Assembly: GCA_964387595.1 (NCBI GenBank)
Contig: CAYLYF010000002.1
Coordinates: forward strand, 7,403-71,402
DNA: 64,000 bases
Direction: 5' to 3'
Origin: an uncultured Thermodesulfobacteriota bacterium
GTDB taxonomy: Bacteria; Desulfobacterota; WTBG01; CAIYCZ01; CAIRTM01
Position numbers and translations under genes: made by a program. The notes beneath the pieces are model-generated. The model had not been told where the DNA came from and searched no databases. It saw only the letters and a program-made list of their open reading frames with translations. This document shows, piece after piece, positions 37,407 through 48,763 of this stretch (positions are counted from its first letter, which is position 1; the number at the start of each line of letters is the position of its first letter).

Positions 37407-38423
37407 TTAGAATTGAGACAGAAATCTGAAGTCGTTTTCAAAGTAAAGCCGTATGTCATTAATGCCGTATCTGAGCATCGCGATTCTTTCAACTCCCAGC
37501 CCGAATGCAAGGCCGGTGATATTCTCCGAGTCATACCCAACATTTTCAAAGACTTTTGGGTTTACCATTCCGCATCCCAGTATCTCAAGCCAGCCTGTTC
37601 CGGAACAGACCCTGCAGCCGCTTCCTCTGCAGATCACGCACTGGATGTCAACTTCAGCGCTGGGTTCGGTGAACGGGAAAAAACTGGGCCTGAACCTGAG
37701 AGATGTATCTTTATCAAATATCTGATGGATGAAGATCGTAAGAAGACCTTTAAGGTCAGAGAAAGCGATGTTTTCATCAACCAGCAGTCCCTCTATCTGA
37801 TGGAACATGGGTGTATGAGAAACATCAGAGTCGCATCTGTAAACCTTGCCCGGACATATTATCTTTAAAGGAGGCTTGGTTTTTTTCATGGTGCGGATCT
37901 GAACCGGCGATGTGTGTGTCCTGAGCAGTTTTTCCTCTGAGATGTAGAATGTGTCATGCATCGCCCGTGCCGGATGATCTTTGGGAATGTTTAATGCTTC
38001 AAAATTAAAGAAATCCAGCTCGATCTCAGGTCCTTCTACCGTTTCAAAACCGAGTGATGTAAAGATGCTCAGTATCTCATCTGTTATTAAGGTAATGGGA
38101 TGTCTTCTTCCCACGGGCAGTGTTCTGCCGGGCAGGGTGGCGTCAAAACCGTCTTGTGACAGATCAAGTTCTTTTTTGGTTTGCCGGGAATTTACAAGAG
38201 ATTCTTCGATCGCATTTTCGATCTCTTTTTTTACTTCATTAACAAGCTTTCCGAATGCCGGGCGTTCTTTTGTCGGGATATCTTTCAGGCCTTTAAGCAC
38301 CCGTGTTAATGTACCGTTTTTACCGAGGATTCGGCTTTTATACTGGTATATTTCGGTCTCGGTTGTCAGCTCACCCAGTTCTTTCAGGCTCTGTTCTTTT
38401 ATTTTTATCAGGTCTTCGTTCAT
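37407..38423 (-). CDS. pheS: Phenylalanine--tRNA ligase alpha subunit
   Basis: The 338-aa ORF carries class II aaRS motifs ([12 protein letters not shown], GxGxGxER). Confidence 0.95.
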   Translation of the reverse strand: MNEDLIKIKEQSLKELGELTTETEIYQYKSRILGKNGTLTRVLKGLKDIPTKERPAFGKLVNEVKKEIENAIEESLVNSRQTKKELDLSQDGFDATLPGRTLPVGRRHPITLITDEILSIFTSLGFETVEGPEIELDFFNFEALNIPKDHPARAMHDTFYISEEKLLRTHTSPVQIRTMKKTKPPLKIICPGKVYRCDSDVSHTPMFHQIEGLLVDENIAFSDLKGLLTIFIHQIFDKDTSLRFRPSFFPFTEPSAEVDIQCVICRGSGCRVCSGTGWLEILGCGMVNPKVFENVGYDSENITGLAFGLGVERIAMLRYGINDIRLYFENDFRFLSQF

Positions 38424-38534
38424 TAACTTTACTTAAATTATGTTTAAAGAAGTATTATGGAATAATGATGCGAAAAAAGCCCCTGTTCTAAAGCAGAGGC
38501 CCTACTCCGGTAGCTTTGTGAATTGCGTTTATTC

Positions 38535-38918
38535 TCAGCAGCTTGCAGCGACTTCAGTGTTCTGATTGATCTGATCTTTTGCAATGCTGATAAGTTCTGA
38601 AAAATTTTCCGGATTATTAATAGCCAGTTCAGAAAGTATTTTTCTATCGATATCAATGTTTGCTTTTTTAAGACCAAAGATGAACTGACTATAGTTTAAA
38701 TCATTTGCTCTTACAGCTGCATTGATCCTTGCGATCCACAGTTTCCTGAACTCGCGTTTTCTGACCCTTCTGTCCCTGTAGGCATAATTTAAGGCTCTGT
38801 CAACGGATTCTTTAGCGACTCTGTATAGATTACCGCTTGCGCCTCTGAAACCTTTAGCCAGTTTCAAGACTCTTTTTCTTCTCTGTTTTGATGTACATCC
38901 TCTTTTTACTCTTGGCAT
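38535..38918 (-). CDS. rplT: 50S ribosomal protein L20
   Basis: The ORF begins [26 protein letters not shown]. Confidence 0.95.
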   Translation of the reverse strand: MPRVKRGCTSKQRRKRVLKLAKGFRGASGNLYRVAKESVDRALNYAYRDRRVRKREFRKLWIARINAAVRANDLNYSQFIFGLKKANIDIDRKILSELAINNPENFSELISIAKDQINQNTEVAASC

Positions 38919-38978
38919 TATAACCTCTCAGTACTAATAGTGTTATTATCGGCAGCCTGTATTTTGCTTAGATATGAT

Positions 38979-39176
38979 CTAGGCATAAGGGATCATGCTG
39001 CGTATGTTCTTTGCTTCTGATTTTGAGATCAGAGCGGATTTTCTTAAGTTACGTTTTCTTTTGGTTGATTTTGATGTGAGTATATGGCTTGTGTAAGCTT
39101 TGTTACGCTTAACGCCTCCGCTTTTTGTCAGTTTAAAACGTTTTGCAGCGCCTCTGCATGTTTTTAATTTTGGCAT
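38979..39176 (-). CDS. rpmI: 50S ribosomal protein L35
   Basis: The ORF begins [24 protein letters not shown] and is 65 aa. Confidence 0.95.
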   Translation of the reverse strand: MPKLKTCRGAAKRFKLTKSGGVKRNKAYTSHILTSKSTKRKRNLRKSALISKSEAKNIRSMIPYA

Positions 39177-39196
39177 TGCTCTTTTTTCTCCTTATC

Positions 39197-39712
39197 TTAT
39201 TTCTTTTTTGGTGCGAGCATCATTACAATATTATGACCTTCAAGTTTAGCTTCGCGCTCTATTATGCCGTATTCAACTGTACCTTCAGCCATTTTAGTGA
39301 TAATTTCTTCGCCCTGTTCTTTAAATCGACGTTCACGCCCTCTGAACACCACTGTAACTTTTACTTTGTTACCTTTTTCCAGAAATTCCTGCGTGTGTCT
39401 AAGCTTTGTTTCCAGATCATGATTGCCGGTAAAGGGCCTTAGTTTGATCTCTTTTGTATGTACAATATGGACAGTCTTTTTCTGTACCTGTTTTTTACTC
39501 TGCTGGTATTTGAATTTACCATAGTCCATGAACCTGCAGACAGGCGGGTCTGTGTTTGGTGATACTTCCACCAGGTCAAGTCCCTGTTCATTTGCCAGTG
39601 CCTGTGCCTTACTGGTCTCAAGTATTCCCAGCTGATTTTTATCCTGATCCACAACTCTTACTGTTGGTACTGTTATTGCGGAATTAATCCGTGGTCCCTG
39701 TTTTTTAGCTAT
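39197..39712 (-). CDS. infC: Translation initiation factor IF-3, probably initiating at a non-AUG (AUA) codon
   Basis: The IF3 N- and C-domains are present. Conserved residues (IAKKQGPRINSAITVPTVRV) continue 20 codons upstream of the track start (GTG), back to an ATA codon that sits 8 nt after a GGGGG SD and directly after an in-frame TAA. Confidence 0.85.
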   Translation of the reverse strand: MAKKQGPRINSAITVPTVRVVDQDKNQLGILETSKAQALANEQGLDLVEVSPNTDPPVCRFMDYGKFKYQQSKKQVQKKTVHIVHTKEIKLRPFTGNHDLETKLRHTQEFLEKGNKVKVTVVFRGRERRFKEQGEEIITKMAEGTVEYGIIEREAKLEGHNIVMMLAPKKK

Positions 39713-39733
39713 GTTATTTTACCCCCATGCTCG

Positions 39734-41653
39734 TTAGTTTGATAGTGTCTGTAATTCCTGTTTGCACTCATTATTTATAAGTTCGATGAAATCATTTACA
39801 GGAATTGCTCCAAGGTTCTTACCATTTCTCATTCTGGGTGCTACCGAATTTTGCTCAACCTCTTTGTTGCCGATTACCAGCATATAAGGTATCTTCTGCA
39901 TTTGAGCTTCTCGAATTTTGTGATTTAAGCTCTCGTTACGAAGATCTATCTCTGTGCGTATATTATTATCAAGCAGATCTCTGTAGACTTTTTCAGCATA
40001 CGTATTTTGCTCATCTGATATGGTTATTACTTTTGCCTGTACCGGTGACAGCCAGGTTGGAAATGCGCCGGCATAATGCTCTATTAGAATCCCCAGGAAA
40101 CGTTCTATTGATCCGAGGATCACTCTGTGGAGCATCACCGGCCGGTGTTTATTCCCATCTTCTCCGATATAGCTCAGATCAAATCTTTCCGGCAGTACAA
40201 AATCACACTGAATCGTGGCACATTGCCATGATCTGTTAAGACAGTCTTTTAGCTTAAAATCTATTTTAGGCCCGTAAAACGCGCCGTCTCCTTCGTTTAT
40301 TTTATAAGAAAAATCAAAAGTGTCAAGTGCCTCGGTCAGGGCAGTTGTTGCTCTTTCCCAGTCTTCATCTGTTCCAATTGATTTTTCAGGTCGGGTGCTG
40401 AGTTCGATCTCAAACTCAAAATCAAATACCTGCATCACATCCTTAACAAACCGAATAATGTCTATAATCTCGCTGTTTAACTGTTCGGGTGTGCACAGCA
40501 GGTGAGCATCATCTTGGGTAAACTCCCTAACCCGCGTAAGCCCGTGGAGTACACCTGATTTCTCATGTCTGTTTACTGTTCCCAGTTCGAAATATCTGAT
40601 CGGCAGGTCGCGGTAGCTTCTCAAACTGGATTTATATATCAGCATATGCGCCAGACAGTTCATGGGTTTTAGACCGTATTCTTTGCCATCAACCTCGGTA
40701 AAATACATATTTTCTTTGTAATTCTGTAAATGCCCTGATTTTTCCCAGAGATCAATTTTAAGTATTTGCGGCCCTTTAACCATCTGGTACCCGCGTTTCA
40801 AATGTTCTTTAATCTCAAAATCTTCGATCAGCCGCCGCAGCATTGCGCCTTTTGGGTGATAAACAATCAGCCCGGCACCGGCCTCCTCATAAATATTAAA
40901 AAGATCCAGCTGACGGCCAAGTTTTCGATGATCTCTTTTTTTGGCCTCTTCAAGCATATTTAGATGCTCTTTTAACTTTTTCCTGTCAGAGAATGCAGTT
41001 CCGTAAATACGCTGCAGCATCTTGTTCTTTTCATCTCCTCTCCAGTAAGCGCCTGCAATACTGGTGAGTTTAAAGGCTTTTACCTTTCCGGTCGTATTAA
41101 GATGCGGACCTCTGCAAAGGTCAATAAAATCTCCCTGCTCATAAATGCTCACTTCATCGTCATTGATCTCATTTATGATCTCGACTTTATACTTTTCGCC
41201 TTTTTCCTTAAAAAGTTTTATCGCATCTTCTTTTTTAAGTACGAATCTTTTAAAAGGAGTCTTTGATTTTATGATCTCCTTCATCTTTTCTTCGATCTTT
41301 ACCAGATCCTCAGGTGAAAAAGTCTTGTCATAATCAAAATCGTAATAAAAACCGCTTTCAATAGACGGGCCGATTGCTACCTTAACATCAGGGAAAAGCG
41401 CTTTTACAGCCTCTGCCATGATATGAGAGGTGCTGTGCCGTATGATATCAAGACCTTTTTTTGAGTCCGCTTCAATAAAGCTGATTTCAGCATCTTTTTG
41501 TACCGTGTCTGAGAGGTCATGATCCTTATTGTCCAGCATGGCTGCAACTGAATTCAGGCCGGGTTTATAGCTTTTCAGGACTTCAGCAAGGGTCGTTCCT
41601 TTTTCAGCTGTTATGATGCTTTTGTCGGGTAATGTCAGTGTAAGTTCGTTCAT
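39734..41653 (-). CDS. thrS: Threonine--tRNA ligase
   Basis: The 639-aa ORF has TGS, second-additional, class II catalytic (HRxxxGS, FxQDDAH) and anticodon-binding domains. Confidence 0.95.
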   Translation of the reverse strand: MNELTLTLPDKSIITAEKGTTLAEVLKSYKPGLNSVAAMLDNKDHDLSDTVQKDAEISFIEADSKKGLDIIRHSTSHIMAEAVKALFPDVKVAIGPSIESGFYYDFDYDKTFSPEDLVKIEEKMKEIIKSKTPFKRFVLKKEDAIKLFKEKGEKYKVEIINEINDDEVSIYEQGDFIDLCRGPHLNTTGKVKAFKLTSIAGAYWRGDEKNKMLQRIYGTAFSDRKKLKEHLNMLEEAKKRDHRKLGRQLDLFNIYEEAGAGLIVYHPKGAMLRRLIEDFEIKEHLKRGYQMVKGPQILKIDLWEKSGHLQNYKENMYFTEVDGKEYGLKPMNCLAHMLIYKSSLRSYRDLPIRYFELGTVNRHEKSGVLHGLTRVREFTQDDAHLLCTPEQLNSEIIDIIRFVKDVMQVFDFEFEIELSTRPEKSIGTDEDWERATTALTEALDTFDFSYKINEGDGAFYGPKIDFKLKDCLNRSWQCATIQCDFVLPERFDLSYIGEDGNKHRPVMLHRVILGSIERFLGILIEHYAGAFPTWLSPVQAKVITISDEQNTYAEKVYRDLLDNNIRTEIDLRNESLNHKIREAQMQKIPYMLVIGNKEVEQNSVAPRMRNGKNLGAIPVNDFIELINNECKQELQTLSN

Positions 41654-41753
41654 TATTTATCTGTTTATGTTATTAAAAAAGCACCACAAAGTATCATTTT
41701 ATGATGCCTGTTTTTAACAAAATGCTTTATTTTTAATGTTGCTTTACATTTCA

Positions 41754-41828
41754 TGGTAGGCGCGGGCGGTATCGAACCGCCGACTTCTACCACGTCAAGG
41801 TAGCGCTCTCCCACTGAGCTACGCGCCT
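41754..41828 (-). tRNA. tRNA-Val (anticodon GAC), CCA encoded
   Basis: The reverse complement folds by hand into a cloverleaf: acceptor AGGCGCG/CGCGCCT, D-arm GCTC-AGTGGGA-GAGC, anticodon arm CTACC-TTGACGT-GGTAG, T-arm GGCGG-TTCGATA-CCGCC, then A-CCA. Confidence 0.85.
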
Positions 41829-42079
41829 GCACGATACAAATGTAAACAATTCAGATACCAATATTTTTAAATTTTGTCAAGAAAATTATTATGTTACGAC
41901 TTATTGGGGATAAATTTTTGTCTTATACAACCGTCAGAATAAAGGCCTTGTCTCAGTAAATATATGTTTAACGGCAAAAAGTTCTATTTTTTATAAAATG
42001 TTTCCTTTAATAAACCGTATTCTATTTTTAAGTAGCTAAAAAAACATAACAAATTGTCTGGCATAAGTTTTGCTTAATA

Positions 42080-42424
42080 TTGCGGGTTAAGTCTGATGAT
42101 AAGAACATTTTAGAGCAGGAACAAACAGAGATAAACCTAAGCGGTTCAGGAATAAAATTTCATACCAGCGATAATCTGAAAACCGGTGATTTTCTGGACG
42201 TTTAAATGGTGCTTCCCATATCCTCCGGGGTTTTGATCGAGTTTATTGCAGAGGTTGTCAGGGTTGTCCGGTCTACAGATACGATGTTAAACGGTGATGA
42301 CTGTGCAAATGAAATCGCTGTGAAATATGCCGCGATCAATGAAGATGACCGGGAGATGATTATTCGGTATACTTTTAAGAGACAAAGAGAACTGCTGCGA
42401 GCATTTGAAAGCAATTCAGCTTAG
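42080..42424 (+). pseudogene. PilZ-domain protein gene interrupted by an in-frame TAA (nonsense) at 42203-42205
   Basis: The ~41-codon N-terminal part (TTG start) contains NLSGSG (the DxSxxG-like PilZ motif). The downstream 72-aa ORF (42206-42424), in the same frame, has the YcgR/PilZ-like C-terminus (RYTFKRQRELLR). Confidence 0.45.
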
Positions 42425-42428
42425 TTTT

Positions 42429-43073
42429 TTATATTTTACTCACGATTTCTTTACTGTTTATAAAAATTTCATTACAATCTTTTTCATTAAGTCCGGCGCC
42501 AAGTATTACTTTCCTGGCATATTCTAATGTAATCAGATCAGAAGGGCTGTGTGAATCCGTATTGATAACCATTTTAGCCCCGTGTTTTTTTGCAAGGGCA
42601 GCAACATGGCCATTGGTTATTGAGTGTCCTTTCCTGGCCGTGATTTCAAGATAAATTCCTTTTTCAGCAGCAAGTTCAGCCTCATCATCAGAAATAAGTC
42701 CCGGATGGGCCAGAATATCAATGTCTGACATCAGAGCTTTCTTATTTGTACCGGGCATAACAGGTTCTGTGATAGTTTCACCGTGAACCACTATAATTTT
42801 AGCTCCCTGTTTACGTGCTTCGGCTGCAACTGTTTCAATATCTTCAGGATGTACATGGGTTATTTCGATTCCGGGAATTGCCTTGATCTCTTTTCTTTTA
42901 TTTATGTCACTACAAACCCTGATAGACCTTGAGATTAAAAAATCAAAATTTGATGTATCCGCATGGTCCGTTATGGCAATCGCTTTATAGCCTACGAATT
43001 CTGCTCTTCTGATAAGCTCTGAGGGTATCAGTTCGCCGTCACTAAAAAATGTGTGTGTATGTAGATCTATCAT
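42429..43073 (-). CDS. PHP-domain metal-dependent phosphoesterase (YcdX/HisJ-like)
   Basis: N-terminal DLHTHTxxSDG and further His/Asp metal ligands typical of the PHP family are present. The ORF is 214 aa. Confidence 0.7.
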   Translation of the reverse strand: MIDLHTHTFFSDGELIPSELIRRAEFVGYKAIAITDHADTSNFDFLISRSIRVCSDINKRKEIKAIPGIEITHVHPEDIETVAAEARKQGAKIIVVHGETITEPVMPGTNKKALMSDIDILAHPGLISDDEAELAAEKGIYLEITARKGHSITNGHVAALAKKHGAKMVINTDSHSPSDLITLEYARKVILGAGLNEKDCNEIFINSKEIVSKI

Positions 43074-43085
43074 AACATTATCCCG

Positions 43086-44420
43086 TTAAATTATAGTTCC
43101 GTTTAATGAATGAATATTGGTTTTGGTTACCGTAACATTTTTTGTGCTTCCAATAATATGAGTGTCTGCCTTACAATTGACAACTTTATTTGTCCTTGTC
43201 CTGCCTGCAATAAAATCATTATCATATCTGCTGATATTTTCAAATAAAACTGAAACCGTTTTATCCATAAGTCCGGAGTTTATTTGTCTGCTTATTTTTC
43301 GCTGAATTTCATTTAATATTGTCAATCTTTCGATTTTAGTTTTATAGGGGATCTTACCCTCAAATTTTGAAGCTTTTGTTCCCTCCCGATCAGTATAATG
43401 AAATATAAACAGGTCATCATAGGAGATATCTTTAATGACAGTTAAAGTATCATTAAAATCATTATCGGTTTCTTCAGGAAAACCTACGATAATGTCAGAA
43501 GTTATACTGATCCCGGGAACAGTTTCTCTTAGAGCGGAGATCTTATCCAGATATTCCTGTTTTGTATAAACACGGTTCATCCTCTTTAAAAGCGTATTTG
43601 AACCCGACTGCAGAGGCAGGTGGATATGTTCGCAGAGTTTGTCAAGTTCTTTAAATGAAAGAATAAGTTTATCAGAGAGATCTTTTGGATGAGAGGTTAC
43701 AAACCGTATTCTTTCCAGTCCTTTAATATCATTAATTCTTTTTAGCAGATCCGGAAATGAGTATATATCTTCACGGTCGTTTTTGTATGAATTAACATTC
43801 TGGCCAAGAAGCGTGATCTCTTTAACACCTGATCTGACCAGCCCGTTGATTTCCTTTATTATTTCAGCAGAACCTCTGCTTGTTTCAGGCCCTCTGACAT
43901 AAGGAACAATACAGTAGGTACAGTAGTTATTGCATCCGTGCATTATGGACACAAAAGAACATATACTTCCAGGTTCCGGTTTATAAGGAAGGTCAGGGTA
44001 AACTTTTGAGGGGTTATTCATTTCAATGTTTACAATTTTATCCCCGTTTTCTGCCGCAGCTATAAGCTCCGGCAGATCATTGATCTTTTGCGTACCAAAG
44101 ATAATGTCAATAAAAGGAAATTGTTTTATGATCTTTTTGCCGTGATGCTGGGCCAGACAACCGCCGACACCGAGTATAAGAGACGGATTTTTCTGCTTGA
44201 TCTTGTTTATTCTTCCAAACTCGCTATATACTTTATCTTCTGCTTTTTGTCTTACACTGCATGTTATTATCAGGATATGTGAGGCGTTTTCATAGCAATC
44301 CGCTTTTTCAAAGCCATGATTTTCAAGCATTTTCAGGATCCGCAGAGAGTCATAATCATTCATCTGGCATCCAAAACTTTTAATAAACAGCCTACGGGTC
44401 TTCTTGTTGATGTTAGACAT
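43086..44420 (-). CDS. miaB: tRNA-i6A37 methylthiotransferase MiaB (radical SAM MTTase with TRAM domain)
   Basis: The N-terminal MTTase domain carries GCQMN, followed by a radical-SAM CxxxCxxC (CNNYCTYC) and a C-terminal TRAM domain. The ORF is 444 aa. Confidence 0.8.
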   Translation of the reverse strand: MSNINKKTRRLFIKSFGCQMNDYDSLRILKMLENHGFEKADCYENASHILIITCSVRQKAEDKVYSEFGRINKIKQKNPSLILGVGGCLAQHHGKKIIKQFPFIDIIFGTQKINDLPELIAAAENGDKIVNIEMNNPSKVYPDLPYKPEPGSICSFVSIMHGCNNYCTYCIVPYVRGPETSRGSAEIIKEINGLVRSGVKEITLLGQNVNSYKNDREDIYSFPDLLKRINDIKGLERIRFVTSHPKDLSDKLILSFKELDKLCEHIHLPLQSGSNTLLKRMNRVYTKQEYLDKISALRETVPGISITSDIIVGFPEETDNDFNDTLTVIKDISYDDLFIFHYTDREGTKASKFEGKIPYKTKIERLTILNEIQRKISRQINSGLMDKTVSVLFENISRYDNDFIAGRTRTNKVVNCKADTHIIGSTKNVTVTKTNIHSLNGTII

Positions 44421-44482
44421 AATATAAGTTATTACAGATAATTAAGTATTAATAGTTGATGCTATTGTTTAATTGGAGCTAC

Positions 44483-44797
44483 TTATTTAGAGAGAAGCTT
44501 ATTTGTTTCTGAGTGACGTTTTGCAAGAGTATCAATTATGGTTTTTGCAAGCTTAGGGGAGGTGTCTAAAACAGTGTCCAGATCATCACAATTAAAAACC
44601 TTTACATGGCTTTTTCCAATTGAACGAACAGTAGCGCTTCGTTTTTCTCTTAAAATTGCACTCATCTCTCCAAAATATTCATCGGGATTTGAGATCCTTT
44701 CGATCTCTGTACCTGATTTTGAGACCAGTAAACCATATTCAGCTTTTACCATTTGAAAGATCTCGTCTCCTTGGTTCCTTCCTCTATTAAGGTCTCA
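44483..44797 (-). pseudogene. Truncated cyclic-nucleotide-binding domain gene fragment (C-terminal half only)
   Basis: Contains the phosphate-binding cassette FGEMSAILxxxRSATV. The reading frame opens only ~15 codons upstream of the first Met and the N-terminal beta-strands of the cNMP domain are absent. Confidence 0.5.
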
Positions 44798-45059
44798 GCA
44801 TCTCCATAATGTCTGTCATTTTAGTTATAAATCAATACTGGATTTATGTATTTTGTTTGTAATAATGTTATAATTAATTTGCAGAAAATAAAAAAAATGT
44901 CAACTTGTTAAAGATTTTGATTTTCAGACGATACACATTTATGATAATACGTGTAAAATATGTATGTTTTGTTATGTTAAATTTAATTTTTTTTATATAC
45001 TCAAAACAATATACTACTTCAAAAATAATACGCAATATTTTTAGGGTTAAAACTTATAA

Positions 45060-46102
45060 ATTAAAAGTGTTGCAGAGGGAAGGGCTATTGAGAAAACGCC
45101 TTCTTCTAAAGGGGATTCAATAAAAGGAACCAGACCGGCACCGGTCCCGTTTTCCGATAAAGCTGTTGTTGAAAAAAAAGAAGAAATTAAAGTAGAAAAA
45201 GTTGAACAAAAATCTGCGAACAGTCCTGAACCTTTACCTTTTTCTGAAAATCCGGTGAATCAGACGAAACAGACCAAGGTTAAGATTACAAGGGAACTGC
45301 AGCAGTTAAGCATGTCGCTTCAGATGATTCCGGTTAGAACAACATTTCAAAAAATGGCCAGAGTTGTCAGAGATCTTGCAAAGAAAGGTAATAATCTTGT
45401 TGCTTTTAATACCAATGGCGAGGATACAATGCTTGATAAAAGTGTTATTGACAGGATAGGTGACCCCTTAATTCATCTTGTTAGAAATTCTGTTGACCAT
45501 GGTATTGAACTGTCACCTGATGATAGAGTGAAAGCGGATAAGGATAAAACCGGAAATATAGAGCTTAATGCTTTTCATAAGAGCGGGAATATTCATATTG
45601 AGATTAAGAATGATGGAAGGGGACTGGACCGGGAAGCGATACTTAAAAAAGTGACTGAAAAAGGTCTCGTTAGTGAAGGGCAGACCCTGAGTGAACGTGA
45701 TATTTATAATCTTGGTTCTTCCCGGCTTTTCAACTGCAAAGAAGGTTACGGATGTGTCAGGTCATGGAGTGGGTATGGATGTGGTTAAGAGAAATATAAC
45801 ATACCGACCCTTTCTGTTGTAAAGTCAATACCGCCGTCAACTGAGGATTTAACAACAATAATTAATAAGGGGGATATGATCAAAATACGGGAATTATTGT
45901 TGACAGTGGATCGGAAGTTTTTGATATACAGGTTGATGCAGTTGAAGAAACACCTACATTTGGCACAGCAGTAAGTACAAATTTTATAAAAGGAATCGCA
46001 AAAACAAAAGGCGGAGCAAAGATCCTTTTAAATATTGAAAAAGTTCTGACCACAGATGAACTGCAATCAGTTTCTGAATCAACCATTACTGAAAGTAATT
46101 AA
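45060..46102 (+). pseudogene. cheA: Histidine kinase CheA, degraded: no P1/P2 domains, frameshift in the P4 kinase domain, internal deletion before the P5 (CheW-like) remnant
   Basis: The 45060-45790 frame encodes a K/E-rich linker plus P3/P4 motifs (DPLIHLVRNSVDHGIE, DDGRGLD). A -1/+1 frameshift near 45700-45710 moves the conserved LPGFSTAKKVTDVSGHGVGMDVVKRNI into another frame, which stops at ~45822. Positions 45868-46102 encode only the C-terminal half of a CheW-like domain (GIIVDSGSEVFDIQ...AKILLNIEKVL) with no start codon. Confidence 0.75.
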
Positions 46103-46107
46103 CTGAT

Positions 46108-46911
46108 TTGATGGACCTGAAATTATTTAATCAATTTAGAGATCTCGTTTATAAAAACTGCGGAATAAACTTAAATGAGTCAAAAGTTACGATGGTCAGT
46201 TCGCGCATCGCCAAAAGGATGCGTGTTTTAGATATAAAAGACCATTCAGATTATCTTGAATATCTCATAAAGGATAATAGCGGTGATGAGATAACAAAGT
46301 TCATGGATGTTATCTCGATAAATGTAACAAGCTTTTTTAGAGAAGCGGAACATTTTGATCTGCTTGAAAAGGTAATAACGGAAATTGTTGAAAGCGGCCA
46401 AAAAAAAATCAGGATTTGGTGCGCAGCGTCATCAACCGGCGAGGAACCCTTTACAATTGCAATGGTTTCCAACATTATCACAGCAGATAAATTGATAGAT
46501 CTGAAAATTTTAGCTACAGATATATCCACTAAAGTTCTGGCAGATGCGAAAGCGGGTAAATATAGTATTGATAAAATAAAAACGATCCCAAAAGCGCTGC
46601 TAAGAGAGTATTTTACCAGGGAAACAACAGGAGATAAAAACCTTTTCTGTGTGAAGGATGAGCTGAAAAGGCTGATTGCTTTTAGACGGCTTAATCTATT
46701 TAAGCCGCCTTTTCCGATGAAGGGTCCGATGGATGTTGTATTCTGCAGAAATGTGATGATGTATTTTGATAATCAGACAAGAACACGACTTTTGTCTGAG
46801 ATCTACAGACTCTTAAAGCCCGGCGGTTATCTTATAACCGGGCATGCTGAAAATCTGACCTCTGTAAAGAATAATTTTAAATGTGTACAGCCTTCTGTTT
46901 TTCAGAAGTAA
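46108..46911 (+). CDS. cheR: Chemotaxis protein methyltransferase CheR
   Basis: The 267-aa ORF has the CheR N-terminal helical domain and SAM-binding motifs (IWCAASSTGEEPFTIAM). Confidence 0.9.
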   Translation: MMDLKLFNQFRDLVYKNCGINLNESKVTMVSSRIAKRMRVLDIKDHSDYLEYLIKDNSGDEITKFMDVISINVTSFFREAEHFDLLEKVITEIVESGQKKIRIWCAASSTGEEPFTIAMVSNIITADKLIDLKILATDISTKVLADAKAGKYSIDKIKTIPKALLREYFTRETTGDKNLFCVKDELKRLIAFRRLNLFKPPFPMKGPMDVVFCRNVMMYFDNQTRTRLLSEIYRLLKPGGYLITGHAENLTSVKNNFKCVQPSVFQK

Positions 46912-46964
46912 ATTTAATCGAATAATTTATTTGAAGAGATAATAAATAGTTCTGGAGACTCTGG

Positions 46965-47444
46965 TTGAAAACAAAAGTAATCGGAATATCAGATATGATG
47001 GTCTCAAAAACACCCAATGAAACGCTGATAACGTATTCACTCGGTTCATGTCTTGGAGTTGTGATTTATGATCCAGTTGTCCACGTAGCCGGGCTTCTCC
47101 ACAGCATGCTGCCGCTTTCAAAGATTGATCCGCAAAAAGCAAAAAAATCGCCTTTTATGTTTGTAGATACCGGAGTACCGCTGCTTTTCAGGGAAGCTTT
47201 TAAATTGGGGGCTGAAAAACAAAGACTTATCGTTAAAGCAGTAGGGTGCTCTTCACTTTTGAAAAAAAAAGGATTTTTTAAAATCGGTGAAAGAAACTTC
47301 ACTGTTCACAGGAAGTTATTATGGAAAAATAATATTCTGATAGAAGGTCAGGATGTCGACGGCAACGGCTCAAGAACCGTAAAAATACAGGTTAAGAGCG
47401 GTAATGTTATTATTAAATCCGGCGGAGAAAAGAATGAATTATAA
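46965..47444 (+). CDS. cheD: Chemoreceptor glutamine deamidase CheD
   Basis: The catalytic Cys/His motifs LGSCLGV and GLLHSMLP are present and the ORF is 159 aa. Confidence 0.85.
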   Translation: MKTKVIGISDMMVSKTPNETLITYSLGSCLGVVIYDPVVHVAGLLHSMLPLSKIDPQKAKKSPFMFVDTGVPLLFREAFKLGAEKQRLIVKAVGCSSLLKKKGFFKIGERNFTVHRKLLWKNNILIEGQDVDGNGSRTVKIQVKSGNVIIKSGGEKNEL

Positions 47445-47489
47445 AATTTAATTTTAACAAATCGTATTTCCCTAATTGGAGGCTGATAA

Positions 47490-47876
47490 ATGTCATTTAA
47501 TATATTAATTGTTGATGATTCAAAAACTATCCGATCCGTTATAAAGAAAACACTTGATATTGCCGGGGTGCCGATCGGTGAGTTATATGAAGCAGAAAAT
47601 GGTCAGGTTGCACTTGATGTGATGAAGGATAACTGGGTTGACCTGGTATTTGCCGATATCAATATGCCTGTAATGACGGGTATTGAAATGATCCAAAAAA
47701 TGTCTGAAGATAAAATACTTGAGAATATGCCGGTAATCATTGTGGCAACTGAAGGAAGTAAAACCAGGATAGAAGAGTTTCTTAAACAGGGGGTCAGGGC
47801 CTATATCAGAAAACCCATAAGTCCTGAAGCATTAAGAAATATCGTTAAAGAAGTAATGGGGGATTATGATGAATGA
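47490..47876 (+). CDS. cheY: Chemotaxis response regulator CheY
   Basis: A single receiver domain with DD (VDDS) and D (FADINMP) is present, with T and K positions conserved. The ORF is 128 aa. Confidence 0.85.
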   Translation: MSFNILIVDDSKTIRSVIKKTLDIAGVPIGELYEAENGQVALDVMKDNWVDLVFADINMPVMTGIEMIQKMSEDKILENMPVIIVATEGSKTRIEEFLKQGVRAYIRKPISPEALRNIVKEVMGDYDE

Positions 47877-48078
47877 TGAAAATAATGAACTTCTGATAAG
47901 ACTCTGTTGTGATGTGTTTGAAAATCTGTCTTTTATGTTTGGTGAAACAATTGATTTTGATGAGGCTGAAACAAAGACGATTTCACTTGAAGAATGGAAT
48001 GAAATTGTTTAAAGCGAAGAATATCTGGCTCTTAACATTGAGGACGAACCCATATTAATTAAAGCAAAGGTTGAATAG
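47866..48078 (+). pseudogene. Possible CheC/CheX-like phosphatase gene fragment (two short in-frame pieces separated by TAA)
   Basis: A 47-aa ORF (…LCCDVFENLSFMFGETIDF…) followed by a 22-aa piece resembles only the N-terminal region of CheX/CheC. The assignment is weak. Confidence 0.3.
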
Positions 48079-48081
48079 TCT

Positions 48082-48735
<654 letters not shown>

Positions 48736-48763
48736 TTGTTTTTTGTTAACATAATATCTATTA

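Noticed and set aside
38472-38500. GC-rich segment between rplT and pheS (CCCCTGTTCTAAAGCAGAGGCCC), examined as a possible terminator or attenuator hairpin
   Set aside because: The two GC blocks are not mutually complementary in the transcribed orientation, and no stable stem followed by a U-tract could be drawn by hand.
42202-42414. 70-aa minus-strand ORF overlapping the PilZ remnant
   Set aside because: It is antisense to a frame with recognisable PilZ motifs and is Ser/Ile-rich with low complexity. It is regarded as a shadow ORF.
44905-45123. 72-aa ORF in the AT-rich tract upstream of the cheA remnant
   Set aside because: It has a low-complexity hydrophobic, Lys-rich translation in a ~20% GC region and no RBS. 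This region is better read as the scar or linker preceding the truncated cheA frame, which is in a different frame.
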